29,817 nt of DNA from Candidatus Micrarchaeia archaeon (GTDB lineage Archaea > Micrarchaeota > Micrarchaeia > Anstonellales > J096). Positions 8,589 to 17,466 of this stretch are shown here, one piece after another; the first letter of the stretch is position 1, and each line of letters starts with the position of its first letter. A program made the position numbers and the translations under genes. The DNA lies in the NCBI GenBank assembly GCA_041500865.1, contig JBGQMY010000017.1, forward strand, positions 1 through 29,817. Direction: 5' to 3'. The notes below the pieces were generated by a model. The model was not told the DNA's origin, made no database searches, and saw only the letters and a list, made by a program, of their open reading frames with translations.

Positions 8589-8954
8589 CTATTCTTCATA
8601 ATTGTTCAGCGCCTCGCCCAAAAGCCTCAGCGCCGTGCCTATACTACCAAAGGATGTCTTTTTCACCACTTTTTTTATGGCTTCCAAAGTTTCGCGCTTT
8701 GTTGCCTGGCTTGTCATCAGTATAGCGTCAACTCCGCTTACGCCATCACCGTAATTATTGCCCATCTTTTCGATAATCATCATCGTAATATCAGCAACAG
8801 CATCGGCGATTTCGACAGGCGTCAGGTCCTTTTCCGGCTTTTCGCCAGCAGAGGAATCCAGCGGCTCGCGCTTTTTGAATGCCCTTTTTTGTGCCGTATC
8901 TCTGGCATTGCTGCGGCCCGCACCCTTCTTTGCCTGCATTGGAGCCCCGTCCAT
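8589..8954 (-). CDS. Hypothetical protein with basic, low-complexity N-terminus
   Basis: Preceded by TATATAAACCCTT at a typical distance; no family recognised. Confidence 0.6.
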   Translation of the reverse strand: MDGAPMQAKKGAGRSNARDTAQKRAFKKREPLDSSAGEKPEKDLTPVEIADAVADITMMIIEKMGNNYGDGVSGVDAILMTSQATKRETLEAIKKVVKKTSFGSIGTALRLLGEALNNYEE

Positions 8955-9098
8955 AGTATGTATTTTGCCAATAAGGGTTTATATAGATATGCCACACCAG
9001 CCCAAACTCCTACACACAATTAAAAAGCCGCCTAACCCAGCCCATTTATAAATTTTTCACCAGAATAGCCAAAAGCACATTATATAAGGTGTTTATCG

Positions 9099-9383
9099 AT
9101 GAAATTCCCGCAGGAAGTCATGAGGTACTGCCCGCACTGCAACGCAAGGACGCTGCACAAGGCAAAGGCCGCGTCAAAGGGCAAGGTCAGCGCGTTCTCG
9201 TTCGGAACCATGAAGCACGCAAAGAAGCTCAGGGGCTGGGGCGGAAAAAGGGCAGGCCAGAAGGAAGTCAAGAAGCAGGGCAAGAAGCAAAAAGTGATAC
9301 TGACGTGCACGGCATGCAACAAGAAGCAGGAGTGGGTGTGCCACAAGAGGACCAAGAAGAAAATCGAGATAGTCAAGAAGTGA
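9099..9383 (+). CDS. rpl44e: 50S ribosomal protein L44e (eL42)
   Basis: MKFP..YCPHC...GxGG...LTCTACNKK; conserved context. Confidence 0.95.
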   Translation: MKFPQEVMRYCPHCNARTLHKAKAASKGKVSAFSFGTMKHAKKLRGWGGKRAGQKEVKKQGKKQKVILTCTACNKKQEWVCHKRTKKKIEIVKK

Positions 9384-9387
9384 TGAT

Positions 9388-9561
9388 ATGGCAACCAAGT
9401 TCATGAAGATAAAGTGCTCAAAGTGCGGAGAGGAAAGGACGGTTTTTTCGCATTCCAACAAGGACATATACTGCGAGAAATGCAAGGCGCACCTCGTGCA
9501 GCCGAAAGGCGGGAAGGCGCAGCTTGTTGACGCTGAAACGGTAGAGGAATACAATGGCTGA
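9388..9561 (+). CDS. rps27e: 30S ribosomal protein S27e
   Basis: Hand-translated 57 aa: MATKFMKIKCSKCGEERTVFSHSNKDIYCEKCKAHLVQPKGGKAQL...; lies between L44e and aIF2alpha. Confidence 0.95.
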   Translation: MATKFMKIKCSKCGEERTVFSHSNKDIYCEKCKAHLVQPKGGKAQLVDAETVEEYNG

Positions 9562-10324
9562 CATCAAGGAACTTAAACTTCCGCAGAAGGACGAGCTTGT
9601 TGTCGGCGAAGTGAAGAAAGTCCTTAATTACGGCGCATTCTGCTCCCTTCCGGAGTATCCCGGCGTTGACGGCTTCCTGCACGTGAGCGAGGTCGCGAGC
9701 AAGTGGATACGGAACATAAACGAGTATGTCAGGGAGAACCAGAGGGTTGTCATCAAGGTCATAAACGTGGACCCTGGCAAGAACGTCGTTGACGTTTCGC
9801 TGAGGCGCGTGAACGACAACGAGAGGAAGCAGGTTTTGGAGTTCTTTGACAGCAACCAGAAAGCGGAGAGGATGATTGACGTTGCGTCCAAAAAGACCAA
9901 AATCAAGGTCCCGGACAACATCGTGGCCGAGATACTGAAAACATACAGCTCAGTCTACGACTTCGCATACGACGTTTATGAGAAGGGCGAGAGCGTGGCT
10001 GAGAAGGCCGGCATGCCGAAAAAGCTTGCAGCCGCCTACCATGAGCTGGTCCAGGCATCGCTGAAGCCGTCAAAGGTCACGGCCAAGGCCGAGGTAAAGG
10101 CCGTCTCGCTGCAGCCAAGGGGCGTGGAGGACATAAGGGCCGTGCTTTCGGGCGCGGAAGGCGCGTCAATAAAATACCTCGGCGCACCGCGGTACATGAT
10201 TATCATAGAGGATGAATCGTTCAAGCAGGCCAACAAGAGGATGTCCGCGCTCCTGGCGTCAATGGAAAAGAAGGCGAAATCCTTTAACGTCGAAATGGAA
10301 TACGAGCTAATGAAAAATGAATGA
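9554..10324 (+). CDS. eif2a: Translation initiation factor aIF-2 subunit alpha
   Basis: S1 domain (YGAFCSLPEY, LHVSEVASKWIRNI, VDVSLRRV) and C-terminal YLGAPRY. Confidence 0.96.
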   Translation: MADIKELKLPQKDELVVGEVKKVLNYGAFCSLPEYPGVDGFLHVSEVASKWIRNINEYVRENQRVVIKVINVDPGKNVVDVSLRRVNDNERKQVLEFFDSNQKAERMIDVASKKTKIKVPDNIVAEILKTYSSVYDFAYDVYEKGESVAEKAGMPKKLAAAYHELVQASLKPSKVTAKAEVKAVSLQPRGVEDIRAVLSGAEGASIKYLGAPRYMIIIEDESFKQANKRMSALLASMEKKAKSFNVEMEYELMKNE

Positions 10325-10475
10325 AATCCTCAATCGGCTAAGGAGGTGCGCCGTTTGCGGTGCATACACGATGCGCATCTACCACCACGGGACGCTCTCA
10401 ACCAACGCCCACAGCCCGGTTTTTAAGCCTTTTGACAGATACGCAAAATATAGAGAGATTGAAAAGGGCGGATAA
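10317..10475 (+). CDS. nop10: H/ACA RNP protein Nop10
   Basis: Hand-translated 52 aa: ...RRCAVCGAYTMRIYHHGTLSTNAHSPVFKPFDRYAKYRE...; canonical position after aIF2alpha. Confidence 0.9.
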   Translation: MNEILNRLRRCAVCGAYTMRIYHHGTLSTNAHSPVFKPFDRYAKYREIEKGG

Positions 10476-10476
10476 C

Positions 10477-11229
10477 ATGAACCACACCATGATAGTGGTC
10501 AGGAAAAAAATCCCGAAGATGAACAGGCCCGTGCTCCTTGTCGGCCTGCCAGGCGTCGGGTTCATAGGGCGCGTGGTTGCGAAATACATGATAAGCAAGC
10601 TCAACGGGGAGCGCTTTGCGGACATATACTCGCCGCACTTCCCGCCGCACGCCATAATGACCAGGAGCGGAATACTTAGGCTGATAAAGGACTCGCTGTA
10701 CCTTGTGAGGACGAAGAACGCCGACGTCATCGTGCTTTACGGCGAGACGCAGGCGCTCAGCGCAGAAGGCCATTACGAGTTCGCGTCCCGCGTGCTGCAC
10801 TTCTGCGAGGCGGAAAAGGTAAAGGAGATAATCACAATCGGCGGATATGCGACAGGAAAGCTGATAAAGGAGCCCAGGATATTCGGCGCGGCCAATTCCA
10901 GGTCATACATGGAGGACCTGAAGAAAAAAGGCGTAGTGTTCGGCGACTCATTCGGCGCCATAGCCGGCATAGCCGGCATGCTGCCTGCCATGGCAAAGTC
11001 AAAGAGGATAAGCGGCGTGTGCCTCATGGGCGAGACGCACGGCGGCTTCGTGGACGCGGTCGCGTCAAGCAAGATACTGGAGTTCCTCTCGTCCTATTTC
11101 GGCACGAAGATAGACATGGCGGAAATAGACAAGGCGGTGAAGATAAATGAGGACGTGATAAAGAAGGTTGAAGACGAGATAAAGAAGCAGCTCTCCGAAA
11201 ACGCGTCCAAGCCAAGCTACATAAGGTGA
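10477..11229 (+). CDS. PAC2-family proteasome assembly chaperone
   Basis: LLVGLPGVGFIG, IYSPHFPP, ITIGGY and CLMGETHG motifs; start placed at the ATG just after nop10. Confidence 0.93.
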   Translation: MNHTMIVVRKKIPKMNRPVLLVGLPGVGFIGRVVAKYMISKLNGERFADIYSPHFPPHAIMTRSGILRLIKDSLYLVRTKNADVIVLYGETQALSAEGHYEFASRVLHFCEAEKVKEIITIGGYATGKLIKEPRIFGAANSRSYMEDLKKKGVVFGDSFGAIAGIAGMLPAMAKSKRISGVCLMGETHGGFVDAVASSKILEFLSSYFGTKIDMAEIDKAVKINEDVIKKVEDEIKKQLSENASKPSYIR

Positions 11230-11234
11230 CTGCA

Positions 11235-11933
11235 ATGGTTTCGCTGGACAGGGCAATAATAGGGCGGATAGTGAAGAACGGGGAGCATTTCGAGCTTTTC
11301 CTTGACCCGGACAACGCCTACGCATATATAGAAAAGAAGAAGCCGGACCTCAGGAACATACTGGTGAGCGAAGAGGTGTTCAAGGACGCAAAAAAGGGGG
11401 AAAGGCAGGGGCCCATGGCCGTAAGGAAGGCATTCGGGACCAATGACATATACGCGATACTCAAGGAGGTCTTCGACAGGGGCGAGGTTCAATTGACTAC
11501 GGAGCAGAAGCACAGGATGGCGGAAGACAAGAAAAAGGCGATAATAGCGATGATAACCAGGGAGGCGATTGACGCAAGGACAGGTGCGCCGATACCCGAC
11601 AAGAGGATTGAGCTGGCGATGGAAGAGGTCAGGTTCCACGTGGACCCTTTCGTGCCTGCAAAGGACCAGATGGAAAGCCTGGTCAAGCAGCTCAGGCTCA
11701 AGATACCCATAAAGTTTGAAAAGGTGAAACTGGACGTCAGGATACCGGCGGCGCATGCCTCCAGGGCGTATGGCGTTTTAAAATACTACGGTCTAAAAAG
11801 GGAGGAATGGACCCAGTCCGGGGATTTTCTTGGTTTGATAGAGGTGCCTGCTGGGATGCAGGCTGAAGTCATTGACAAGCTCAACAAGGCGACGTCCGGA
11901 GAGGTTCAGATAAAGGTCGAAAAATCACAGTAA
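11235..11933 (+). CDS. Ribosome maturation factor SBDS/Sdo1
   Basis: GEHFELFLDPD, VFKDAKKGE, GEVQLTTEQK; GGTGA Shine-Dalgarno before ATG 11235. Confidence 0.95.
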   Translation: MVSLDRAIIGRIVKNGEHFELFLDPDNAYAYIEKKKPDLRNILVSEEVFKDAKKGERQGPMAVRKAFGTNDIYAILKEVFDRGEVQLTTEQKHRMAEDKKKAIIAMITREAIDARTGAPIPDKRIELAMEEVRFHVDPFVPAKDQMESLVKQLRLKIPIKFEKVKLDVRIPAAHASRAYGVLKYYGLKREEWTQSGDFLGLIEVPAGMQAEVIDKLNKATSGEVQIKVEKSQ

Positions 11934-11968
11934 AGAATCATAATAATGATTGACAGAGGTGCATTTGA

Positions 11969-12592
11969 ATGAAGGAGATATATCTGCCGGGCGACAAGCT
12001 GCCGGCTTCCGTGCGCGTTTCGCGCCTGAACCAGAACGCAGTGAGGAAGCAGGGCAATGTGCTGTATGCCACGGTCGTGGGTTCAGTCAGCGACGAAATG
12101 TTCATGCCTTTTGAGATGGTTTACATCCCGAAGGAGGGTGATTCCATTGTGGGCATAGTTACAGGAAGAAGGAGCGTCGGCTATTTTGTTGACACAGGGA
12201 CAGCCTACGAAGGCCTGATACTGTCAAGGGAGACGAGGATAGAGCTCAGCATCGGGGACATCGTGTGCGGCAAAGTGGACAGGGTGGAGGACGAGGACAC
12301 GATAATAGTGTCCTACGCAAAGCAGCTGGAAGTTGGGCGCGTCCTTGACCTGCCTGCCTCAAAGATACCGAGGATAATCGGCAAGGAGGCAAGCATGATA
12401 AACCTGATAAAGAGCAGGACCGGCGTCAACATCTTTGTAGGCGCCAACGGCTACGTCTGGATAAGCTCAAAGGGAAAATTGGACAAGGCAATCCAGGCAA
12501 TAACGATGATTGTCAACAAGGCCCATATGGAGGGCCTTACAGACGAGATAACAAGGTTCCTTGGGGAGGGGGATGTTCATGGGAACGCATAA
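11969..12592 (+). CDS. rrp4: Exosome RNA-binding subunit Rrp4
   Basis: YIPKEGDSIVGIV (S1) and KIPRIIGKEASMI...IFVGANGYVWI (KH). Confidence 0.93.
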   Translation: MKEIYLPGDKLPASVRVSRLNQNAVRKQGNVLYATVVGSVSDEMFMPFEMVYIPKEGDSIVGIVTGRRSVGYFVDTGTAYEGLILSRETRIELSIGDIVCGKVDRVEDEDTIIVSYAKQLEVGRVLDLPASKIPRIIGKEASMINLIKSRTGVNIFVGANGYVWISSKGKLDKAIQAITMIVNKAHMEGLTDEITRFLGEGDVHGNA

Positions 12593-13325
12593 TCCGAATC
12601 TAAAGCTGATAAGCGACAGCGGGGAAAGGCTTGACAAAAGGGCCTTTGACGAACTGCGAAATATACGTATAGATGTTGGGGTGCTTGAAGGCGCCATAGG
12701 GTCGGCATTTGTTGAATGGGGCGAGAACAAGGTCATAGCAGGCGTTTATGGCCCAAGGGACGTATACCCAAAATTCCTTGCAAAGGCAGACAGGGCCATA
12801 GTCAGGACGATTTACTCGATGTCAACGTTTGCGTCGCTTGAGGAGCACGGCAGGGCCGGGCCCAACAGGAGGAGCAACGAGATATCCATGGTGCTTGGCG
12901 AGGCCTTTGAGAACGTCGTCATGATAGAGAAATTCCCGGCCAAGATGATAGACATGCACATAACCGTGCTGCAGGCCGCTGCTGGGACCAGGATAGCCGC
13001 GTTCCTTGCGGGCATAGCCGCGCTGATAGACGGCGGATTCCCGATGTCGGACATAGCGGCAGGCGTATCAGTCGGAAAAGCAGACGGCCATCTTGTCGTT
13101 GACCTGAACAAGGAGGAGGACAACTTCGGCCAGGCGGACATGCCGGTCGTCTACTCGTCTTCCGACGACATACTGCTGCTGCAGATGGACGGGAAGATGA
13201 CAAGGGAAGAGGTCAAGAGCGCGCTGGAGATGGCGGACTCAAAGTCAAAAATAGTGATGGACATGGTAAGGAAAGCCGTTGGGGCCAAGTATGAAGGCGC
13301 AATCTCAAACAGGCTCAAGCTCTGA
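12579..13325 (+). CDS. rrp41: Exosome catalytic subunit Rrp41
   Basis: GSAFVEWGENKVIAGVYGPR, RRSNEIS, AGTR, EEDNFGQAD and LLQMDG; start could be 12573. Confidence 0.95.
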   Translation: MGTHNPNLKLISDSGERLDKRAFDELRNIRIDVGVLEGAIGSAFVEWGENKVIAGVYGPRDVYPKFLAKADRAIVRTIYSMSTFASLEEHGRAGPNRRSNEISMVLGEAFENVVMIEKFPAKMIDMHITVLQAAAGTRIAAFLAGIAALIDGGFPMSDIAAGVSVGKADGHLVVDLNKEEDNFGQADMPVVYSSSDDILLLQMDGKMTREEVKSALEMADSKSKIVMDMVRKAVGAKYEGAISNRLKL

Positions 13326-13327
13326 GG

Positions 13328-14122
13328 ATGATGCTCATGGTTAAGGAAAGCGTTTTGAAAAGGATGAGGAAGGAGTTCCAGATTGAGGTCCTTGAAAGCG
13401 GCGTAAGGCCGGACGGCAGGGGCTTCCATGACTACAGGGAGATAAAGGTCACGCAGGACGTCATAAACACGGCAGAAGGCTCCGCGCTTGCCCAGATAGG
13501 GAACACGAAGGTGCTTGCGGGCGTCAAGCTGGCCATGCTTACGCCGTTCGCAGACGAGCCGAACAAGGGCGTGCTGATGACCGGGGCGGAGCTGCTGCCC
13601 ATGGCGTCCCCTTATTTCGAGCCAGGGCCTCCTGACGAAAGGAGCATAGAGTTCAGCAGGGTCGTTGACCGCGGCATAAGGAGCGCGGAAATCGTTGACA
13701 TGGAGAAGCTCTTTGTCGAGGAAGGCAAGGTGCTGGGCCTGTTCATAGACCTCTACGTGCTTGACTACGACGGCAACCTGTTTGACACGGGCACGCTCGC
13801 TGCAGTCGCTGCACTTAGGAACACGAGGATGCCCAAGATAGAGAACGGCGCGATAATAAGGGGCGAGTATTCCGGCCCGCTTGAGGTAAGGGGATCCCCG
13901 ATATCCTCGACGTTCGTGAAGATAGGGAACTACATCCTCATAGACCCGGAGATGCACGAGGAAGGCGCGTCGGACGCCAGGCTCACCGTAACGGTATGCG
14001 ACGACAACGTGGTTGCGATGCAGAAGGGCGGAAACGGGGGCTTCAAGAAGGAGGAAGTGCTTAACTTAATAAACATTTCTTTTGAAAAAAGGGATGTGCT
14101 GATGAAATACATCACAGGGTGA
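13328..14122 (+). CDS. rrp42: Exosome subunit Rrp42
   Basis: RPDGR, AEGSALAQIGNTKVLAGVK, FEPGPPDE, RVVDRGIR, DGNLFD and MQKGG. Confidence 0.96.
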   Translation: MMLMVKESVLKRMRKEFQIEVLESGVRPDGRGFHDYREIKVTQDVINTAEGSALAQIGNTKVLAGVKLAMLTPFADEPNKGVLMTGAELLPMASPYFEPGPPDERSIEFSRVVDRGIRSAEIVDMEKLFVEEGKVLGLFIDLYVLDYDGNLFDTGTLAAVAALRNTRMPKIENGAIIRGEYSGPLEVRGSPISSTFVKIGNYILIDPEMHEEGASDARLTVTVCDDNVVAMQKGGNGGFKKEEVLNLINISFEKRDVLMKYITG

Positions 14123-14127
14123 AGTTT

Positions 14128-14364
14128 ATGCTAAGGACAGTGAGATTCGGAAGGAAAATAAGGGGCCTCTACAACAGCGCGCGGAACAGACAAAAATCCG
14201 GTTTTGAGTGCCCCAAGTGCGGAAAGGTAGGCAAGATGAGGAGGGAGTCGTTTGCAATCTGGTCATGCAAGTCCTGCGGCGCGCTTGTCGCAGGCGGGGC
14301 GTACCAGCTCACGACAGAGGCCGGGGAGACCATGAAAAGGGTCCTGTCCGCAGTCAAAAGGTGA
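14128..14364 (+). CDS. rpl37ae: 50S ribosomal protein L37Ae (eL43)
   Basis: RFGRKIR, CPKC...IWSCKSCG...AGGAY; GGTGA before ATG 14128. Confidence 0.93.
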   Translation: MLRTVRFGRKIRGLYNSARNRQKSGFECPKCGKVGKMRRESFAIWSCKSCGALVAGGAYQLTTEAGETMKRVLSAVKR

Positions 14365-14369
14365 AAAAG

Positions 14370-14507
14370 ATGCCCAATTACAAGGTATGGCTTTCAGGCG
14401 AAAAGATAGAGATAAAGGACATAAAGAACTACACGTTGGCGCTTTCCGGCGCAAAGATACTGCTGAAGGAGAGGCCGCCGGTGGCAAAAGAGGTCTCCAC
14501 AGATTGA
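14370..14507 (+). CDS. rpoP: RNA polymerase subunit P (Rpo12), cysteine-free variant
   Basis: 45 aa MPNYKVWLSGEKIEIKDIKNYTLALSGAKILLKERPPVAKEVSTD, with the GxKILxKERPP signature and the canonical position after L37Ae. Confidence 0.88.
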   Translation: MPNYKVWLSGEKIEIKDIKNYTLALSGAKILLKERPPVAKEVSTD

Positions 14508-14947
14508 TTCTTGTCACTACTTCGCTGAGGCCCGGCAAAGATGCGAGGCTCCTTGCAAGGGGCCTTTCAAACTCCATTTTTGGCCTATACGTGAATAGGG
14601 GAAGCATGCCGTTTGACGCCGTCATAAGGAAGGCCGCATCCCTTGGATGCCCAACGGTTGCATTCGTGATGCCAAGCCAAGAGGCGTATGAGATAAGGTT
14701 TGCTTCCGTTGATGGCGGATGGAGCTGGCTCCCTGAGGTTTTCAATGCCAAAGGGCATTCCCAGGCAAAAGTCGTGCGCAAAATCGGCGAAGTTTCGTCA
14801 AAATCAAGGAAGCTGAAAAACGTTTTTGGCCTTTGCGATTCCCCGTTCGGGGCGGAAAGGACCATATCCTACCAAAAGAAAAGGATTTCGGTCCTTGAAG
14901 GGAAAAAGGAGGTGTTCTGGGTTGAAGGGTCTTTCTCTAAGCGCTAG
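14504..14947 (+). CDS. Brix/Imp4-domain ribosome biogenesis protein
   Basis: TTG start overlaps the rpoP stop. ILVTTSLRPG..AR.LA..L...YVNRG matches the archaeal Brix N-terminus; canonical position. Confidence 0.8.
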   Translation: MILVTTSLRPGKDARLLARGLSNSIFGLYVNRGSMPFDAVIRKAASLGCPTVAFVMPSQEAYEIRFASVDGGWSWLPEVFNAKGHSQAKVVRKIGEVSSKSRKLKNVFGLCDSPFGAERTISYQKKRISVLEGKKEVFWVEGSFSKR

Positions 14948-15158
14948 GATAACGGTCAACGGGGACAGGAAAACGCTGCTGGCAATGAAGAAAGCCATAA
15001 TCGCGTCAAAGGGCGGAAGGATAAGGTCGCGCGTTTCGCTTGGCAAATCGCTTACGATAACGGTTGAGTCCCCTGACGCCACGGCGCTTAGGGCAGGTTT
15101 AAATACCTATCTCAGGATATTGCAATCAGTTGAGGGTTTCTCAAAAGGTGATTATTGA
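14922..15158 (+). CDS. pcc1: KEOPS complex subunit Pcc1
   Basis: GGAGGTG then TTG 14922; LTITVESPDATALRAGLNTYLRIL motif; position between Brix and prefoldin. Confidence 0.85.
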   Translation: MKGLSLSARITVNGDRKTLLAMKKAIIASKGGRIRSRVSLGKSLTITVESPDATALRAGLNTYLRILQSVEGFSKGDY

Positions 15159-15499
15159 TGGCTTCAGCAGACATTGAGGAAAAGGTCATTGAGTTCCAGA
15201 AGATGGAGAAGCAGCTTGAGATGTACATGGGGCAGAGATACCAGTTTGAGATGCAGCTGGCGGAGACGGCTGCGGCAATAGAGGAGATAACGAAGCTGGC
15301 AGACTCGGCCGAGATATACAAGTCAACAGGCGGATTCTTCGTGAAGACGGCAAAGGGCCCGGCGATTGAGGAGCTGAATTCCAGGAAGGCGCTTCTTGAA
15401 AGTCGTTCAAAAATGTTCAGGGAGCAGGAGGAAAAGCTCAAGGCGAACCTGACAAGGCTCGGCAAAAGCCTTGAGGAAGAGATGAAGGGCGCGAAATGA
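15158..15499 (+). CDS. pfdB: Prefoldin beta subunit
   Basis: Coiled-coil, EIYKSTGGFFVK hairpin, coiled-coil; canonical position. Confidence 0.93.
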   Translation: MASADIEEKVIEFQKMEKQLEMYMGQRYQFEMQLAETAAAIEEITKLADSAEIYKSTGGFFVKTAKGPAIEELNSRKALLESRSKMFREQEEKLKANLTRLGKSLEEEMKGAK

Positions 15500-16473
15500 G
15501 CATGGACGATTTCGACGCGTTCTTCCGCAAATACGGAAAATCAAGGATTGCGTTTGTCGCCCACTCAAGGGCCGACATAGACAGCATATCGTCGGCATAC
15601 GTGCTCAAGAAGAGGTTCAGGAACAGCGTTTTAGTGGTTCCGAACGACACCACCTATTCGGCAGGCAAGCTGATAGAGTCGTTTGGAATAAAGTTCGAAA
15701 CGCTTGAAACGATAGACCTCAAGGAGTTTGAGGGCGTGGTTTCGGTTGACGCAAGCAACTACGGGCTTTTCGAGATAGACAAGTCCGTCAAGGTAGTCGC
15801 GGTCTTTGACCACCACCAGAAGGCGTACAACGGCTTTGAGGGCGAGTTCAACTTCATAGACTCCGACGCCAAATCCACTGCCGAAATAGTGGTCGGCATA
15901 CTTGAAAGGGAGCTGGACAAGGAGGACGCGACGCTGCTGGGCGCCGCGATAATATCCGACACGTCGAGGTTCAAGTCAGCCAACAACGAGACGTTCGGCA
16001 TGCTGTTCAAGCTGATAGAAAAATCCAAAAAGGACTATTCCGAAATGCTTGCGTTGGCCTATCCGCCGCTTCCGAACGACGAAAAGGTCGCGATACTGAA
16101 GGCGATGCAAAGGGTGGAGTTTTTCGAGCACAAGGGGTTCGTGATTGCGCTTTCGCGCGTCAACGCGAAGATAGGCGAGGCATCGTCCATGCTTTCAGAC
16201 GCCGCGGACGCCGCCTTTGTGGCCCAGTACAATGAGACGGAGAAAAAGACAATGATATCCGCAAGGGCCAACCCGTATTTCCCTGTGCCGCTGAATGGCA
16301 TAATGGCCGAAGCAGGCAAGAAATACAAGGGCTCGGGGGGCGGGCATTTCAAGGCGTCCGGCGCTTCAGGCTATGCAAAAGCCGAGGAGATGCTTGAGTT
16401 CTGCCTTGAATCGCTGAAACAGGAGATAGACAAGCGGAACCTTGACTATTCCCAGATAGTGCCGAAGAAATGA
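15496..16473 (+). CDS. DHH/DHHA1 phosphoesterase (NrnA-like nanoRNase / pAp phosphatase)
   Basis: HSRADIDS, VD, FDHH, STAE, ISDTSRF, SAR and GGGH motifs. Confidence 0.92.
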   Translation: MSMDDFDAFFRKYGKSRIAFVAHSRADIDSISSAYVLKKRFRNSVLVVPNDTTYSAGKLIESFGIKFETLETIDLKEFEGVVSVDASNYGLFEIDKSVKVVAVFDHHQKAYNGFEGEFNFIDSDAKSTAEIVVGILERELDKEDATLLGAAIISDTSRFKSANNETFGMLFKLIEKSKKDYSEMLALAYPPLPNDEKVAILKAMQRVEFFEHKGFVIALSRVNAKIGEASSMLSDAADAAFVAQYNETEKKTMISARANPYFPVPLNGIMAEAGKKYKGSGGGHFKASGASGYAKAEEMLEFCLESLKQEIDKRNLDYSQIVPKK

Positions 16474-16526
16474 GCTTTTGGCAACCATCATAAAGAGATA
16501 TATATCTTTCTATCAAAAATCTAAAC

Positions 16527-17345
16527 ATGAAAATCGCAATATTGGCAATAGCTCTTGGATTATTGCTACTTTTTGGGTGCCTGGGGCAGACGAACACTGC
16601 GGCAAACAATCAAACTGCTGGGCAGGGGCAGGCAAATACTACAGTAAATCTAACTACAGAGGTTAACCAAACAATAATATCTAAGAATTACACTCTTGAT
16701 GAATTGTTGACTGCTATACGTAATGACACCACCCTTGCAAAAAGTATTATCGAGAATGGTGCAGATGTAAATTCTAAAACTTATGAAGGTTTGACCCCGC
16801 TCATGTATGCTGCAGCGAATGGTAAAACGGATATCTGCACTTTGCTGATTGAAAAGGGTGCATATGTAAATGAAAAATTATATTATCCTGATATTCCACA
16901 ATATAAAGATGAACCAAAAGGCCAAACTGCTCTTTCTTTTGCTATAAGCAATGGACATACTGATACAGCTAGGCTATTAATTAACAAAGGTGCAGATGTA
17001 AATGCAAGACTTCTTGGAACAGGATATGATGGCAGGACGATGCTTATGGAAGCCATAGTTCAAGTTAGAGGATCAAGTTCATCAGTAGGAGTAGCTACTG
17101 ATTTAGTTAAGCTACTAATTGAAAAAGGTGCAGATGTAAATGCAAAGGACGATAAAGGTAGAACTGCATTAATGGTTATTAATAACTGGCATGCTGACAT
17201 CACTAAGTTGCTTATTAATACTGGCATGGATTTAAACGCAAGAGATACAGAGATGAATAAGACTGCTCTTGGCTGGGCAATATATCGTTTTGGAGAAGAT
17301 TCTGAAATAGTCAGCATCCTGAGGCAGGCAGGCGCCACTGAATAA
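16527..17345 (+). CDS. Ankyrin-repeat lipoprotein (AT-rich gene)
   Basis: MKIAILAIALGLLLLFGC signal; repeated GxTPLMYAA...LLIEKGADVNAK units. Confidence 0.9.
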   Translation: MKIAILAIALGLLLLFGCLGQTNTAANNQTAGQGQANTTVNLTTEVNQTIISKNYTLDELLTAIRNDTTLAKSIIENGADVNSKTYEGLTPLMYAAANGKTDICTLLIEKGAYVNEKLYYPDIPQYKDEPKGQTALSFAISNGHTDTARLLINKGADVNARLLGTGYDGRTMLMEAIVQVRGSSSSVGVATDLVKLLIEKGADVNAKDDKGRTALMVINNWHADITKLLINTGMDLNARDTEMNKTALGWAIYRFGEDSEIVSILRQAGATE

Positions 17346-17466
17346 TCTTGGTTTTGGTTATTCTTACACAGTCCCTAAAAAGTAGTTGTCATTAAGCGGG
17401 GCATTGTGTTTGACTCCGCATGGTTTCTGCCATCTTTTTTAAACCGTTTCCCTGCATATCCGCAGC

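Noticed and set aside
13151..13957. Long alternative-frame or antisense ORFs (e.g. 13151-13957, 1954-2712, 7285-8127, 26157-26996, 28596-29285)
   Set aside because: They overlap well-supported genes, show no recognisable motifs, and are expected from codon bias.
14208..14947. Track starts at 14208, 14387 and 14826 for RpoP, Brix and Pcc1 (also 10360, 5394, 26164 and 28159 for other genes)
   Set aside because: The extensions overlap upstream genes or promoters; family motifs and SD/TATA spacing support the shorter starts reported.
17360..17380. TTACACAGTCCC resembling an IS terminal inverted repeat beside the AT-rich ankyrin gene
   Set aside because: No matching inverted copy was found on the other side and there is no transposase.
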